Virus record (IMG/VR): IMGVR_UViG_3300033182_001206
Span: 6,408 to 70,407 of that record
Reading direction: 5' to 3' (one strand)
DNA length: 64,000 bases
From: a virus
Shown: positions 47,585 through 59,400 of the stretch, one piece after another
How the letters are laid out: every line of letters starts with the position of its first letter
Position numbering within the stretch: position 1 is the stretch's first letter
Made by a program: the position numbers and the translations under genes
Notes under the pieces: model-generated
The model's input: the letters and a program-made list of their open reading frames with translations, nothing else
The model's database searches: none
Told to the model about the DNA's origin: nothing

Positions 47585-48757
47585 TTACACGTCATCACTG
47601 CTGGTTAGACTGTTTTGAATAGTGTGACTGCTTGGTGCATAATCTGTTACATCAAATTCTGCTGTTGCTGCACAGCCGCCAACGCCACCAGTTGCAGTTT
47701 GTGTGTCTGCAATAATGTAACCCAAGCTCTGTGTGAGTGTACCATCAATGGTGATTGTGTCTGGCGATTGCATGTAAACTTTCAAAGAAACAGTTGCGCC
47801 GTCATCCTTGTATTTTCCGTAAACACTGATTTTGCTTACAGCATATTCGCTACCATATGCAAGATAACCTGTACCGCCGTATCCTCGGTTGTATGTGTCT
47901 TCGCCAAACACACCACCACTGAAATAGTTACCATCCAAGTATCCGCTGCCATAGTAACTGCTAGGGCCGCCTGTTGAATATGCATTACCAAATGTATAAC
48001 TGTACAGCAATTGATATTCTGTGTCGTTCAATCCGTAGAAGCCAACATCTGCTGCTGCATAACCGCCAGTACCGCTTACAACAACATCATCGCTCAACAG
48101 GTGTATTGTTCCCATGTGTGCCAAGTTGCTGGCATACCTGCTGCCTTCTACTGAGTTAGCACCAGTGATGTCTATGTCCAGTGTAATGGCACCTGCACTG
48201 TTGAAAAAATAACGTGCTTCAGTGTAGCTGTCAAAACTCACATCCAGTTCACTTACCAATATGTTGGTCCAACTTTGAGTACGTGTAACTGCGCTCAACA
48301 CATTGCTGTTGGCGTTGTCATCGTCCATTGTGTTTTGACCTTGGATTTGAGCACTGCGTGAATCACTCAATCCATCGTCGATCACAGTAGCACTGAATCT
48401 GTTTGTGACTGCATTTATATCTGCTGCCAGTACCATTGATTCAATTACTTTATAACTTAGATTGGTAGATAATCCCAAATGATCACCACTGGCATTTGCT
48501 CTAGCAACCAGTTGGTTCATGTGAGAACACTTGACTAGGTCCCCTGGGTTAGCACAATCTACATGTCCTGTAACACGTTGATCATCTAGTCCATCCAGTT
48601 CAAGTGCTGGTGTTTGTCCCCAACCATAACGGTGATTGGTTTTATCTGTATCAGTTATAGCCGCCGTAGAGTAGTTGTCAGCCCAGTATTTGTTTACTTG
48701 GACAACTGCATCGTTGAACTCGCTGGCTGTAATTTCATCTCCCGGCGACCTAGTCAC
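47585..48757 (-). CDS. Virion structural protein (tail/baseplate-associated)
   Basis: GTG start with GGAG SD; Gly/Ser/Thr/Tyr-rich; RYGWGQ and ARYFFNSAG motifs; lies in the structural operon. Confidence 0.65.
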   Translation of the reverse strand: MTRSPGDEITASEFNDAVVQVNKYWADNYSTAAITDTDKTNHRYGWGQTPALELDGLDDQRVTGHVDCANPGDLVKCSHMNQLVARANASGDHLGLSTNLSYKVIESMVLAADINAVTNRFSATVIDDGLSDSRSAQIQGQNTMDDDNANSNVLSAVTRTQSWTNILVSELDVSFDSYTEARYFFNSAGAITLDIDITGANSVEGSRYASNLAHMGTIHLLSDDVVVSGTGGYAAADVGFYGLNDTEYQLLYSYTFGNAYSTGGPSSYYGSGYLDGNYFSGGVFGEDTYNRGYGGTGYLAYGSEYAVSKISVYGKYKDDGATVSLKVYMQSPDTITIDGTLTQSLGYIIADTQTATGGVGGCAATAEFDVTDYAPSSHTIQNSLTSSDDV

Positions 48758-48759
48758 TG

Positions 48760-49842
48760 TTACATTCTCCCGACAACAACCTCTACAAGACCTACACTTT
48801 CAGTGGTCTTGTCTTCAAGTGCTCGTCCTACAACTCTGTACCAATCTTCAGCTTCGCCTTCATGGTCTTGTGGTGCACGTGCTACACCATTTACTTCTGA
48901 TGTAACCAAACGTTGACCTTTGCGTACAGGGCCAATGCATTTTACCGGAACACGACCTGCAATAGCAATGTATGGGTGTGTTTCGTCTGTGCCTGCGCCA
49001 GCATTCAATTCAATGCCCGGCTGTGTACTAACAATGCCAAACACTTCTGGATCCAGTGCTCTGTCGGTTTCTGTGATTTCATTTTCACCACCAATGCGTA
49101 CAACAGTACCAGCTTCATAAGGTGCATCTGCATGATAACGTTCTGCAACGTCGGCATATTCTGCACTGGTAGCTGTACCACGGAATCTAAAGTTTGTACC
49201 GTTGTTTAGATTGATACCTGCACACAATGATGGAAATTCAGTGTTCAACAGTGTTGTACCATCTTCTAAATATTCTGCGTTTGCACCCGATGCCATTGGT
49301 GCCCAACTGGTTGTGTCCATAACAATGATAGCAACAATTTCATTGTTCACAATAGCTTCTAGTGTATCGTGTTGTGTACCGCCTGTGTCGTAACGTTTTC
49401 TACTTTGCCAACTGGTTGCTCCACCAGTGCCAATTGACAACCAGCTTGTACCGTTGCTTACATAAAGTTGTTCGTCGTCGGTTTTGAAAAAGAAGTCTCC
49501 TGGGTAATGCGGTTCAGTTGCATCAACTGGTAAACTTGTACCGGTTTTTCCGCTTGCCAGTGGGTACCAATCTGTACCATCATAAAAATTTAGTTTGTGA
49601 CTGGTGTGGTTGTACCACAATTGACCACGCACTGCGCCGGTTGGTTCGCCTGGTGAGTCACTGTCTGTTTCACTAGCAAAGTTTTCTAGCAAACGCAAAA
49701 AGTTTTCTGCTACAACTTCGCCATAGTTTGAAAAGTTTTTGCCAACTAGTTTTAGGCTAGTCTCTGTGTTTATTGTAGCATCAGCAATTGTAATTGGTGT
49801 TGCTTCTAAACTGGTATCTGTGTATGTAATACTATACGCCAT
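48760..49842 (-). CDS. Tail/baseplate fibre protein with C-terminal peptidase-G2/IMC-like autocleaving chaperone domain
   Basis: LVGKNFSNYGEVVAENFLRLLENFA, GQLWY; ATSAEYADVAERY..GTVV..GIVS..GRVPVK..GRALE. Confidence 0.72.
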   Translation of the reverse strand: MAYSITYTDTSLEATPITIADATINTETSLKLVGKNFSNYGEVVAENFLRLLENFASETDSDSPGEPTGAVRGQLWYNHTSHKLNFYDGTDWYPLASGKTGTSLPVDATEPHYPGDFFFKTDDEQLYVSNGTSWLSIGTGGATSWQSRKRYDTGGTQHDTLEAIVNNEIVAIIVMDTTSWAPMASGANAEYLEDGTTLLNTEFPSLCAGINLNNGTNFRFRGTATSAEYADVAERYHADAPYEAGTVVRIGGENEITETDRALDPEVFGIVSTQPGIELNAGAGTDETHPYIAIAGRVPVKCIGPVRKGQRLVTSEVNGVARAPQDHEGEAEDWYRVVGRALEDKTTESVGLVEVVVGRM

Positions 49843-50435
49843 TAAAATGCTCCTGCTCTGACTCTAACAGTGTAGATAACCTGTATCTGTCTGTTGGCCG
49901 ATTTTTGTATTGGATGGAAAATAATATGAGTTAGCAATTTTCCTGTTGCTGTGTACAGTCCAAGTTCATCAAAGATATAATCACCTGTAAATCCTGTGTT
50001 TGTATCCAATGTATCCTGTCCTGTTGGTTCACCATATTTTAGTGTACAAGTCACAACCAAGTCACTAAACAAGTCACCTGATATGTGTGCTGTTTCCATG
50101 CTGTTGTCACTGTCACTGTCCACAGCTGGATCTTGTTCATCTACAATTTTTTCAAACGTTTTGTTGTGTAATGTACCGGTTGCACTGTTGGTATTAGGTG
50201 TTAGATAAGTGACATCACCGGATCCATCAACACTGGTACCACCATTTCCAAAATGCATTTTGTTTACAAAATCGTGGTTACCTGACGATTGTATATTTCC
50301 AAGCAATCTAACAATTGCTTCACTCATATTTTCATAATTGATAGCATTGTGTTGGTCCAACAGGACTTCGCCTGTGTCTGCGTCTTCAATCAGCACATGA
50401 CCGTCAATGCTTATGTAAAGTTGTTCTTCTAACAT
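49842..50435 (-). CDS. Virion structural protein (baseplate-associated)
   Basis: GHVLIED..HNAI..FGNGG..FDELGL..FHPIQKS.NR..YTVR. Confidence 0.65.
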   Translation of the reverse strand: MLEEQLYISIDGHVLIEDADTGEVLLDQHNAINYENMSEAIVRLLGNIQSSGNHDFVNKMHFGNGGTSVDGSGDVTYLTPNTNSATGTLHNKTFEKIVDEQDPAVDSDSDNSMETAHISGDLFSDLVVTCTLKYGEPTGQDTLDTNTGFTGDYIFDELGLYTATGKLLTHIIFHPIQKSANRQIQVIYTVRVRAGAF

Positions 50436-50468
50436 AATTCTAACACCTATCTAAATTATATTTAGCCT

Positions 50469-53400
50469 CTAAAAGATCTCGCCTCTGCCACCGGCTCTAA
50501 TTATTCTTGCTTCAAAGCTGGTTGCTGGAGCACTATTTGTAATGCTTACACCGTCGTCGTTGTACATTAGTATCAGTGCATCACCGTAACTGTGCAACTG
50601 TCTTGGAACAGGGACTCTAGCAACATAACTTGCATCAAACATCACTGTGCCGCTGCTGTGTGCTTGTGCTGTAGTACCATGCCAGCCACGTTCACATCCA
50701 ATTAGATTGTTGTTTGCAATGGCATGATACTTGATCAATTCATTGCCTATCCATGCATAGCCCGGTTCTGCTGCACCTAGCTGACCTACGTTTTGTCCTG
50801 GATCGTAGAATCTGCCAATGTTGCTTACAGGAATCTCTTTTGCTTCACGTGTTACTGCATCGCTGGTAGTATCTTTGCTGCTGTTTTTAGCAACTGTACT
50901 AATTATGTTGCCAACATTGTCTTGGAAATAGATCCAGCTTCTACTGTTTGGTCCAACATTGTCGCCACTGGTATTGGTTTGTACACGCAGTTGCAGTCTT
51001 TCAACCACTTCTGCAAAGTATTGATTTCTACCATGCTGTTCAAATCTGTTTAGGAATGTTTGTGCATTGTAAACATAATCCAAATCATCGTCAGCGTCTG
51101 CGAAACTGGAACTCAATGTTACTGTGTGTGCACCGTCCAATTTCCAAATATTTGGCAAGTATGGTTCAATGGTTTTGTTTTTCTCATAGCGATGTTCACC
51201 ACTTACTACACCACGGAATGTGTCACCGATAAAGTAAGGATATTCTGTAGGAGTTGCAAAGTATGCATATGTTCCATCCGGAAACTCTGGTGTTACACAG
51301 TATCTACCATTGTGTTCGTCCAGTGTACCATGTCCACTGGTGTATTCATAATCAGCTGTATAATCGCCGTTGTGATTGCCGCTTGGAGATCCTGCACCTG
51401 GTCGTGCACCAGACCGTAGTGTATAACTACTGGTCATTCTTGTAATTGCACCAGTACCGTCTGTGTTTGTGTATGCATGAGGTCCATAAATCGGATAACC
51501 ATCTAATGCCCAGCCAATAATCGGACTGTGTTCATCTGCTGCACCTTCGACCTTGTATTCGTTTGGTAAATCATAATGATAATACACACCTGCTACTGGA
51601 GGTTCGTAATCTCCTATGCTGCACCAAACTGTACCATTGTTTGCATCCATAAAGTCTGCACGTAATCGTGCTTCGTTTCTGTAGTAACCGTTTGCAACTT
51701 CTTCTTTGTCTCTTGGAGACTTCAGTGTTACACCGTTTGTGAATACACCAATTGGTCCATATGCTCTACTGGTTTTGTTTGCTGCTGTGTTTTGCACAGG
51801 CTCTGCAGGTATTTTCCAATTGTAATGTGCAGCGTTTGCAGGAGTTTGATCTGTTGCTAGATCTTCTGCTTCTGGTGCAACCACATCACGTGGGCCGCCT
51901 GAGGCTGCACTTACGCCACTGGTCCTAATGTACACATAGTCTCTATCCCATGCAACACTGCTGACGTTACGCTTCACATCAATCAACTGTTCGTTGTGCG
52001 GTTCTGCTGTGTTAGAAGTAACAATCGCAGTGTTGTCTGTTTTCCATGTTGTAAACACAGGCTCTCTGCGTACCAAATATGTATCGCCATTGTCGTCTAC
52101 GTATTCACGCTGTACATCTGCAAATGTCAACGGATGATTTACAACTGCAACATTGTTCTGATCGTTTTGATCACCAATGGTAATACCAGTTTCGCCTTGA
52201 TTCTCTGTGAATGTGTTTGCTAGATATTGATTTTCTTTCAGTGTGATTTGTTGCTTGTAACTGTCAGTGATAACCAAACCTGTGCTGTCTGTGACAGTGT
52301 TTGCTTCAACAAATTTGCTTTTGCCATCAGCACTGTGATCTGTTTTTGCACTGTATGGCTTGTTTTGATCAATGTAGCTGTTCAGTGCTGCAAAACTGTC
52401 GTATGGAATACTACCATCAGTGGTAACTTCACGTTCAAGCTGTGGAACAATGTAACTGCTCTTCATCAACCAACTGTCGTTGTTGCTGTATTGAATTGCA
52501 TTGTAAATTGCAGCAAACCAAATGCGGTTGTAGTCACTGTCTGTCAACAAGTCATTGTACAGTATATCCAACAGCTTATCAATTTCTACAATAGGATCTG
52601 CGTCAAATCCGCCATTGTCCCATGCACTGGTATCAAATCCATATCCACCACCAAAACTGTCCCAAATAAAGCTGTTGAATTTGATTGTGCCTTTTTCTTT
52701 GTACACCAAGTTCCAAACGTCATCCCCAGCGTCATACTGATACACACTGTCTCTGCGTATACCATCTGCATGCAGTACATTTTTAGCCAATACATATTCG
52801 CCGTCGTACTCGCCTACAAGCTGTGTGCTGGTTCTACTGGTAAGATCAGGAGAGATTCTATCAATTGTTCTGTTTGGATTGCGGAACTGATCATAATCTT
52901 TGCTCACATAATCTACCAACTGATACCAATCAGTGATTGTGTAATCTTTTGCATGCACAGTCACAGCTTTTTCCAATAGGTCCGCATAGTCGGGCTTTAG
53001 ATCCAACAGCGGCGTATTGATCAGCATGTTGTTCAGTTTTACAAATACTTCTTTACGTGCATCCTGTTTGAATCCAAACCAGGTTCTGCTTGGACGAACA
53101 CTTTCGCCAATTAGATCCAATGGGTGTAAATTGTAATCTGGTACACTTTTAGGTACATCCAGCTGAATTGTTTGTTCTACAGCATCTTCGTCTTTGACAT
53201 TCCAAACTCTACGCCAAGTACTTCTACTGATCTGCGGATATACTCCTGTGTTTGCTGTCAAACATTGATAGTATGCTTTTTCTTCTTTTTCGCTGTCAAT
53301 CACATAACAACGATTGCCCATTTTTCTACCGCCACTTCTGCTGCCAATGTAAAGGTTAGTTGGAGTATCTTTGGTTGGTGTAAAGATCATATGCAAATCA

Positions 53401-56400
53401 TCAAAGTTATAAACGTTTTCTACGGCTGCTTGATAATCGGTTACTGTAACACTAACACCGTTGACAAAATATTCAAGTTCTGTGGTCAGAGGAGAAAAGC
53501 CTCTATACATACCTTCATATTCAGTTTGTATAGTTAGAGCTTGCAAATTGCTGCTATCGGTTTGATCGAAAATATAAGTTCTATCACGCTGGAATGTAAA
53601 CACAGTGTGTGCTTCATCGTCTGTGCCATTGAAGAAGAAACCGTCTGTTGCACCTCTACCGTAGTTGTGATTGTCAGTGGTTTTTGCTGCCACTGTTACT
53701 TTGATAGGCGGATACAAACTGTCAGCATACACTACATCATCTTTGCTGTATGCTGTGGCAGCATCCCATTGATTCTTGAATGTGTGTTGCATTCTGTTTC
53801 TGTTTCTACCAGTGATGCTGTCTGTAAGTCTACGATGATAGTATTCAGGAATAGCACTTTTGTTTTCCACAATACCATGCCAATGGCTGTGCGTGTTGCC
53901 TTCTGTGCTTTTGATTTTGATCTGCAAGAACGTGTCTTTGTTTGCACTGTTTTCAACGTTGCTGGCAATGAAACTGTCCTTGCCTGTTGCTGCAATCCAA
54001 TTGATGTTTTGTGCGGTAGGATCACTGATCAAATTTGTCAATTGTAGTACGCTGGTTCTTCTGTTCTGCACACTCGGAATAGTAACCTTGTTTTTTACCC
54101 AGAAGTAATAGAAAGTTTTTTCTGTGTTGGTAGCATTATCATACTCGTTGCTTTCAGTGTAATAGTAAACAGCTTCGCCGTTGACCATTTGATAGTATGC
54201 TTCACCGCTGGCAGCTTCTCCATCCAGTTCTGCTCCGCCAACAACCTGCTTGAACCATTGATCTGGTGTACTGCTGCTTTTTGTCCATTCGTAAATGTCA
54301 ATGCTTGCACCTTCAAACAGTTCGCCCCAGTGTTTGGTTCTGTATTCAATTGTGCTTTGTTCATAGTCAATGTAAATTGCATTTGAAGTGTCCCACCATA
54401 CTGTACCAATTTTATCACGTGCCCATGATTGTGCATCGTCAAGGCTGGCATTTAGATCTGAGCTGTTGGTATAGATAGCAGGATCGTTTACATCTTTGAA
54501 ATCAATGTCAGCATCTGCCAAGCCAGGTATAATGCCTTTCATTGGATCATACACTTCTGCCGAAAGCAGTCTGCGTTCTCCGTTGTGTAGTATTGCACTG
54601 TTGATTGTGCTTTGGCTCACATGATAGTCGCTTTGTGTACGTTCAGTAGCCCAGTCGTCATTGGTGTCTTTGGCAAACACAGCAAATCCATCGTTCACTG
54701 AATCTACCCAAACCAAGTCGCCAACTTCGAAATTGTAGCCAGCATTGGCATATGCCAAATCACGCTGTGCAGTGGTTGAGAATCTCATAGGACGTATTAC
54801 CAATACTTTAGTATAGTTGCCTTCAGTTTCAATATACTCATCGATAAAGAACGCATTTGGTTTTGTACTGTCCAGTTCTGTAATTTTGTGTACACCATCG
54901 ATTCGTGGATAGCTGTTGCTGTTCAGCAGCATCACATAATCGCCTACTTGTAGGTTGTGTGCTTTGTTTGTTACGATTTCAGCATCGTTGCCAGTGCTGG
55001 TCAATGTTGCTCCACAAACACGTATTGCATACAGGTTGAGATCCATGACTTTGAGCACGTTCCAGCTGTTGAAACGACCTTGTATCTGTGTACCAATTGT
55101 GCTGTAAGGCAATGCATTGTCGTCTGCAACCCAAATGTACTCCAACAACGGTTCGTTGATTTCTTGCCATTCATTTTCATCAAACGTGTTACTGATGACA
55201 CCAGTTGCAGCACTTCTAGTAACACCCAATGTGTTTGTTGCAATACCCAATGTGTTTGCTGCTGGTGTATTGTTCAATATTGCAGTGCTGTTGGTGCTGC
55301 TGATTACAATTCTATTGTTGATAACTGTGGCTGTAATACCTGTAATATCAGCGTCATTGATAGCTTCTGCAACCAAAATCACATCCAAACTTGCTGTGCT
55401 GCTCACTGTGGTAGCAACACCATTGATTGTACCTGTGACAAATTCATTGCCCAAGTCACTTACTGCTGTTCCGCTCAGTGTCATGTTTGGATCATTTACT
55501 GTGGCTGTTTTTGTGAGTCTAACTCTGTTGCTGTTCAGTGCTGCAACAATAGGCAGTGCAGCCAGTTCCAATGTGTTGTTGATTTGATTTACAATTTCTG
55601 TGTTTGTCAACTGTGCAGCATTGTTGGTGTTGATCACTTCGCTACCAGTTGTAGTACCAGCTGTTAGTCCTACAATGCTGTTGGCAGTGCCAGCACCAAT
55701 TACCAAATCTTTGTCACTGGCAGTTCTTCCGCTGCGTGTGATGACCAACTGATCAGAAACGTTGCTTGCTGCAATATTAGCAATACTTGCATCATTGATT
55801 GCTTGTACAACTGCATCAACATCATATGCTGTTGCACCGTCAAAGTTTACAGTGGTTCCTTGAATTATCAATGTTCTATCTGTTGCATCATCAGGAATAG
55901 TAAAGTTAGCAATAGTACCGTTGACGCTGAAGTTAGGATAGGTTGTGGTTGTTACAGTTTTTGCAAATGTAACTGTTACATTGTCCACAATCAATGTGTC
56001 GCCACCATTGACCACAGGATTCTCAATGCTGTTGATCACAATAGGATCATAACTGGTACTGGTTACAGTGTTGGTTAGATTCACTGTAACACCATCAATA
56101 ACCAATGTACCACCGCTGGCAACAATTGGACTGGTTACTGTACCGTGCCAAACAATAGGTTCACGTGTGGTTTCAAAGCCAGTGCTGTTCACTGCACACT
56201 GCCATACACGATCTGCATATCTAACACGTTCGTCACGTTTGTAACTGATGTCTTTTCTCCACAGTTCAATCTGTGCATATTCTTTGCTGCTATCATAGAT
56301 GCTTGCAATGTCTGCAACATTCAACAGTCTAATGTCAGTTTCAGTCATCAATGGATAACCTGCAACTTTTAGCCAATCTTCAAATTCATCAAATGTGCTG

Positions 56401-59400
56401 TCTGTTTGATTGTAATAGTTGCTGCCCAATGTGAATACATTTTTGCTGCTCAACGGTGTGACTAGACGCTTGTCTCTTACATTGTAAAGTATGGTATCGT
56501 CGACACTTTGATCAACTCTACCGTCTTCTGTAAAACCAATGCCCTGCGGATTCACCACTGCTTGATCGCTGTCAAATTCAAACTCAATATAGCTGATACT
56601 GTCGCTTGCAAAGTCGCTGCTCTTTACCAGCCATTCTTCGTTGATTTCAAAACTGTCTGTGCTGTGATTTACCAGTTTGTCGTTTCTTGCCAAGCTGGTT
56701 AGATTTTCTTTTGTACCTTTGGTAGGCAATGCAGTCTTGTAATGATCAAATGCATTGTCATCACTGATAGGCATGTGTTCTGCCCATTCTGGTTTGTTGT
56801 AGCCAATGTTAGTAAGTGCAGTTTTTCTCTTTTCGTTGTTCAGCATGTTGCTGTCAATTGAGAATGTGTCACGTTCAACTTCAGCAACACTGGTTTCAAA
56901 GTTTGTTGTAAGCCCTGTGTCGTTTACTAGATAGCCTTTTGTACTTGGACGACCTGTCCAGTAACTGGTTTTGCGGCCTTCTAGTTTGTACTTTTTGTTT
57001 TTCAATCCAAGATCTGTGCTGTATACAATATCACCAAATGCTGTGTGATTGTTCAATACCAACAGGTGTTCGTATTCTACAAAGTTTAGATTTACTCTTA
57101 CAATGTTTTCGCTGTCCACAGTTCTTATCACAGTGTTGTTGCTGTGTCTGTCAACTTTTACTTCGGTGATGCCAATTGCTCTGCTTAGACTGTCTTCGGC
57201 AGTGTCATTTACCAGCACGTCATGATAATTTGTTGCACGAATGTTGTCTAAGAAATAATGATCTTGATTTTCAACTTGCAATTCTTTAGCAGTGGCAAAC
57301 ACTCGATCATCACCTACTTTTGCCAGTGCTGCCCAATCCAATAGATTTGTAACTTCGTCACTGTGATCCCAAGTTACAAAACGTTTTTGTTCCAAATATG
57401 CAAGATATCCAGCAAAGAAGTTGCTGAGTTCTTGCAGGTTGCTGAACACTGTTCCGTATTGCAAAGTGGTTGCTTTTGTGTCGTATTCTGTGTAATAAGT
57501 GATTTCACGTGTGCCACTGAGTTTCTTTCTGCTTGCACTGCTTTGTGCTGGTGTTACATACGCAAACTCTTTTGGATCATGCACAAATCCGTCTGCTTTC
57601 CAACCAGCACTGGTTCGTGTAACTCGTACACTGCTGAAATTGAAACTGTCAGTGTTGTGACTTTTGTGCAGCATTACCTGCAGATCGTTGTCGCTGATAG
57701 TGTACGGTTTGCTTGTGCTACTACCTGGTAGTCTAATTTTGATTAGATTTTTGTCAGTGTAGCCTTCTACGTTGATTGCAGGCTGTACACTCATCAACTG
57801 ATTCAAGTTGTGATTGTTTTTGCTTTGTTGACTGTTGTTGTTGCTGTACCAAACAATTGCATCGCAACCACTGGTTCTGAATTTCAAATCTTCTTGTATG
57901 TCCAATTCAATCTTTGCACCGCTGCCGTTACCGCCTGGATCGTCAAATTCAACAACAGGTGTTTTTACAAAACCGTAGCCGCCTTTTGTTACACTTGCAC
58001 CTTTTATTTTGCCATCCATGATACGCAGTGCAATTTCTGCATGTTTGCCATCGCCTTGAATAATTGCAGTGGTGTTGCTGTCGTAGTTTTTGCCTTCGCT
58101 GATTACTCTAACTTCAACAATAGTACCACGTGGAATAGGAGATCCGTACACAGGATCCTGTATACTGCTATGACGTCTTGTCTTTTTGTTTACAAGAGTT
58201 TTGATATTTCTCACATCAGTTACATTGATACTGCTTGGATCTACATACATGCTCCATGTGTGCTGTGCATCTGTTCTCAACAGTGTTTCCAGCAATACAA
58301 ATGGATATGCACTGGTCTTTTCCAGTTGTTGTTCTTGGCTGCTGTAGCCGTCACCAAACACAAATGCATTGGTTGTACTGCCTGTGCCTACACTCCATGC
58401 TGTTTCAATATCTGTTTGTACACCGCTGCTGTCGATCAATGCACCAAGGTCTTGATCAGGGCGGTGCGCAATGTTTACAATATCTGCATTGTCTGGATTG
58501 CTGACCAATCCGCTGGTAAGTGCTGCCAACAGTGCAGTTCGTTTGGTTGCATCTGTCCAACTGTACTTTTCATCCCACCAACTTGGTTTTTCTACATAGC
58601 CTAGCATTTCCCAAGGTGTTGTCAATGGCGTAGCTGTACCAGTGTAGTATTCAATTACCTTGTCTTCAGTACCAGGTAATTTTTCACCACGCACTGTGAT
58701 GTGATTGTAGTTTTTTGTAGCGTCTGAATTTTTGAACGACGGTTGTGATCTACCTGTGCTGCTGATCCAGTAGTCAAAACTCTTTTTGTAGTTTGCAACC
58801 CATTTGCTGCGTTTGGTTTTCCATTCCAACTGAATGTCATGATAGGTAGGAATCAGTGTTTGAATGTTGGTATGATAATCATCATAATGATTAGTTTCAA
58901 CACTTTGCCATACACGTGTTTCTAATTCAAATAGAATAGCACGTTCAATATCGTAGTTTTCTAATTCTGGATGACAGGTGTTTGTGCTTGTTCCAACAGT
59001 GTGTTGTGCACCATCGTGTCCGTAAAGTGTGGTTCCGCTTACATATGGACGCTGAGGTTTTGCCAAGTGCAATTTTACACTGCTAGGAGGAACAAAACTA
59101 GGCTGATCCCAATAGTAATAATCCACAATCAATTCTGCAACACCGGTACCTGGATCAATGCTGGTTAGATCGCTGGTTAGGCTGATAAGATTTGTATCCA
59201 CTGTGTAGTGCAGATCTTTGGTCAGCAAACGTGTTTCGTATTTGCTAACACCACTTACATACTGTTTTAGATACACGTATGCATGATCATGCAAACCTGT
59301 AAATGAATTTGAACTTATGTTATAATCCAATGCAAATTCTAAATTACTAATACCATTGTCGATTTGTTCTTGGGTGATTGTAAATGTTTTGGTTTTGGCA

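Noticed and set aside
29273-58604. Long opposite-strand ORFs such as 29273-30133, 38635-39465, 39908-40858, 52227-52979, 54957-55667 and 57810-58604
   Set aside because: They are antisense shadows of motif-bearing genes, Cys/Phe/Val-rich, with no motifs or SD sites; expected from the codon bias
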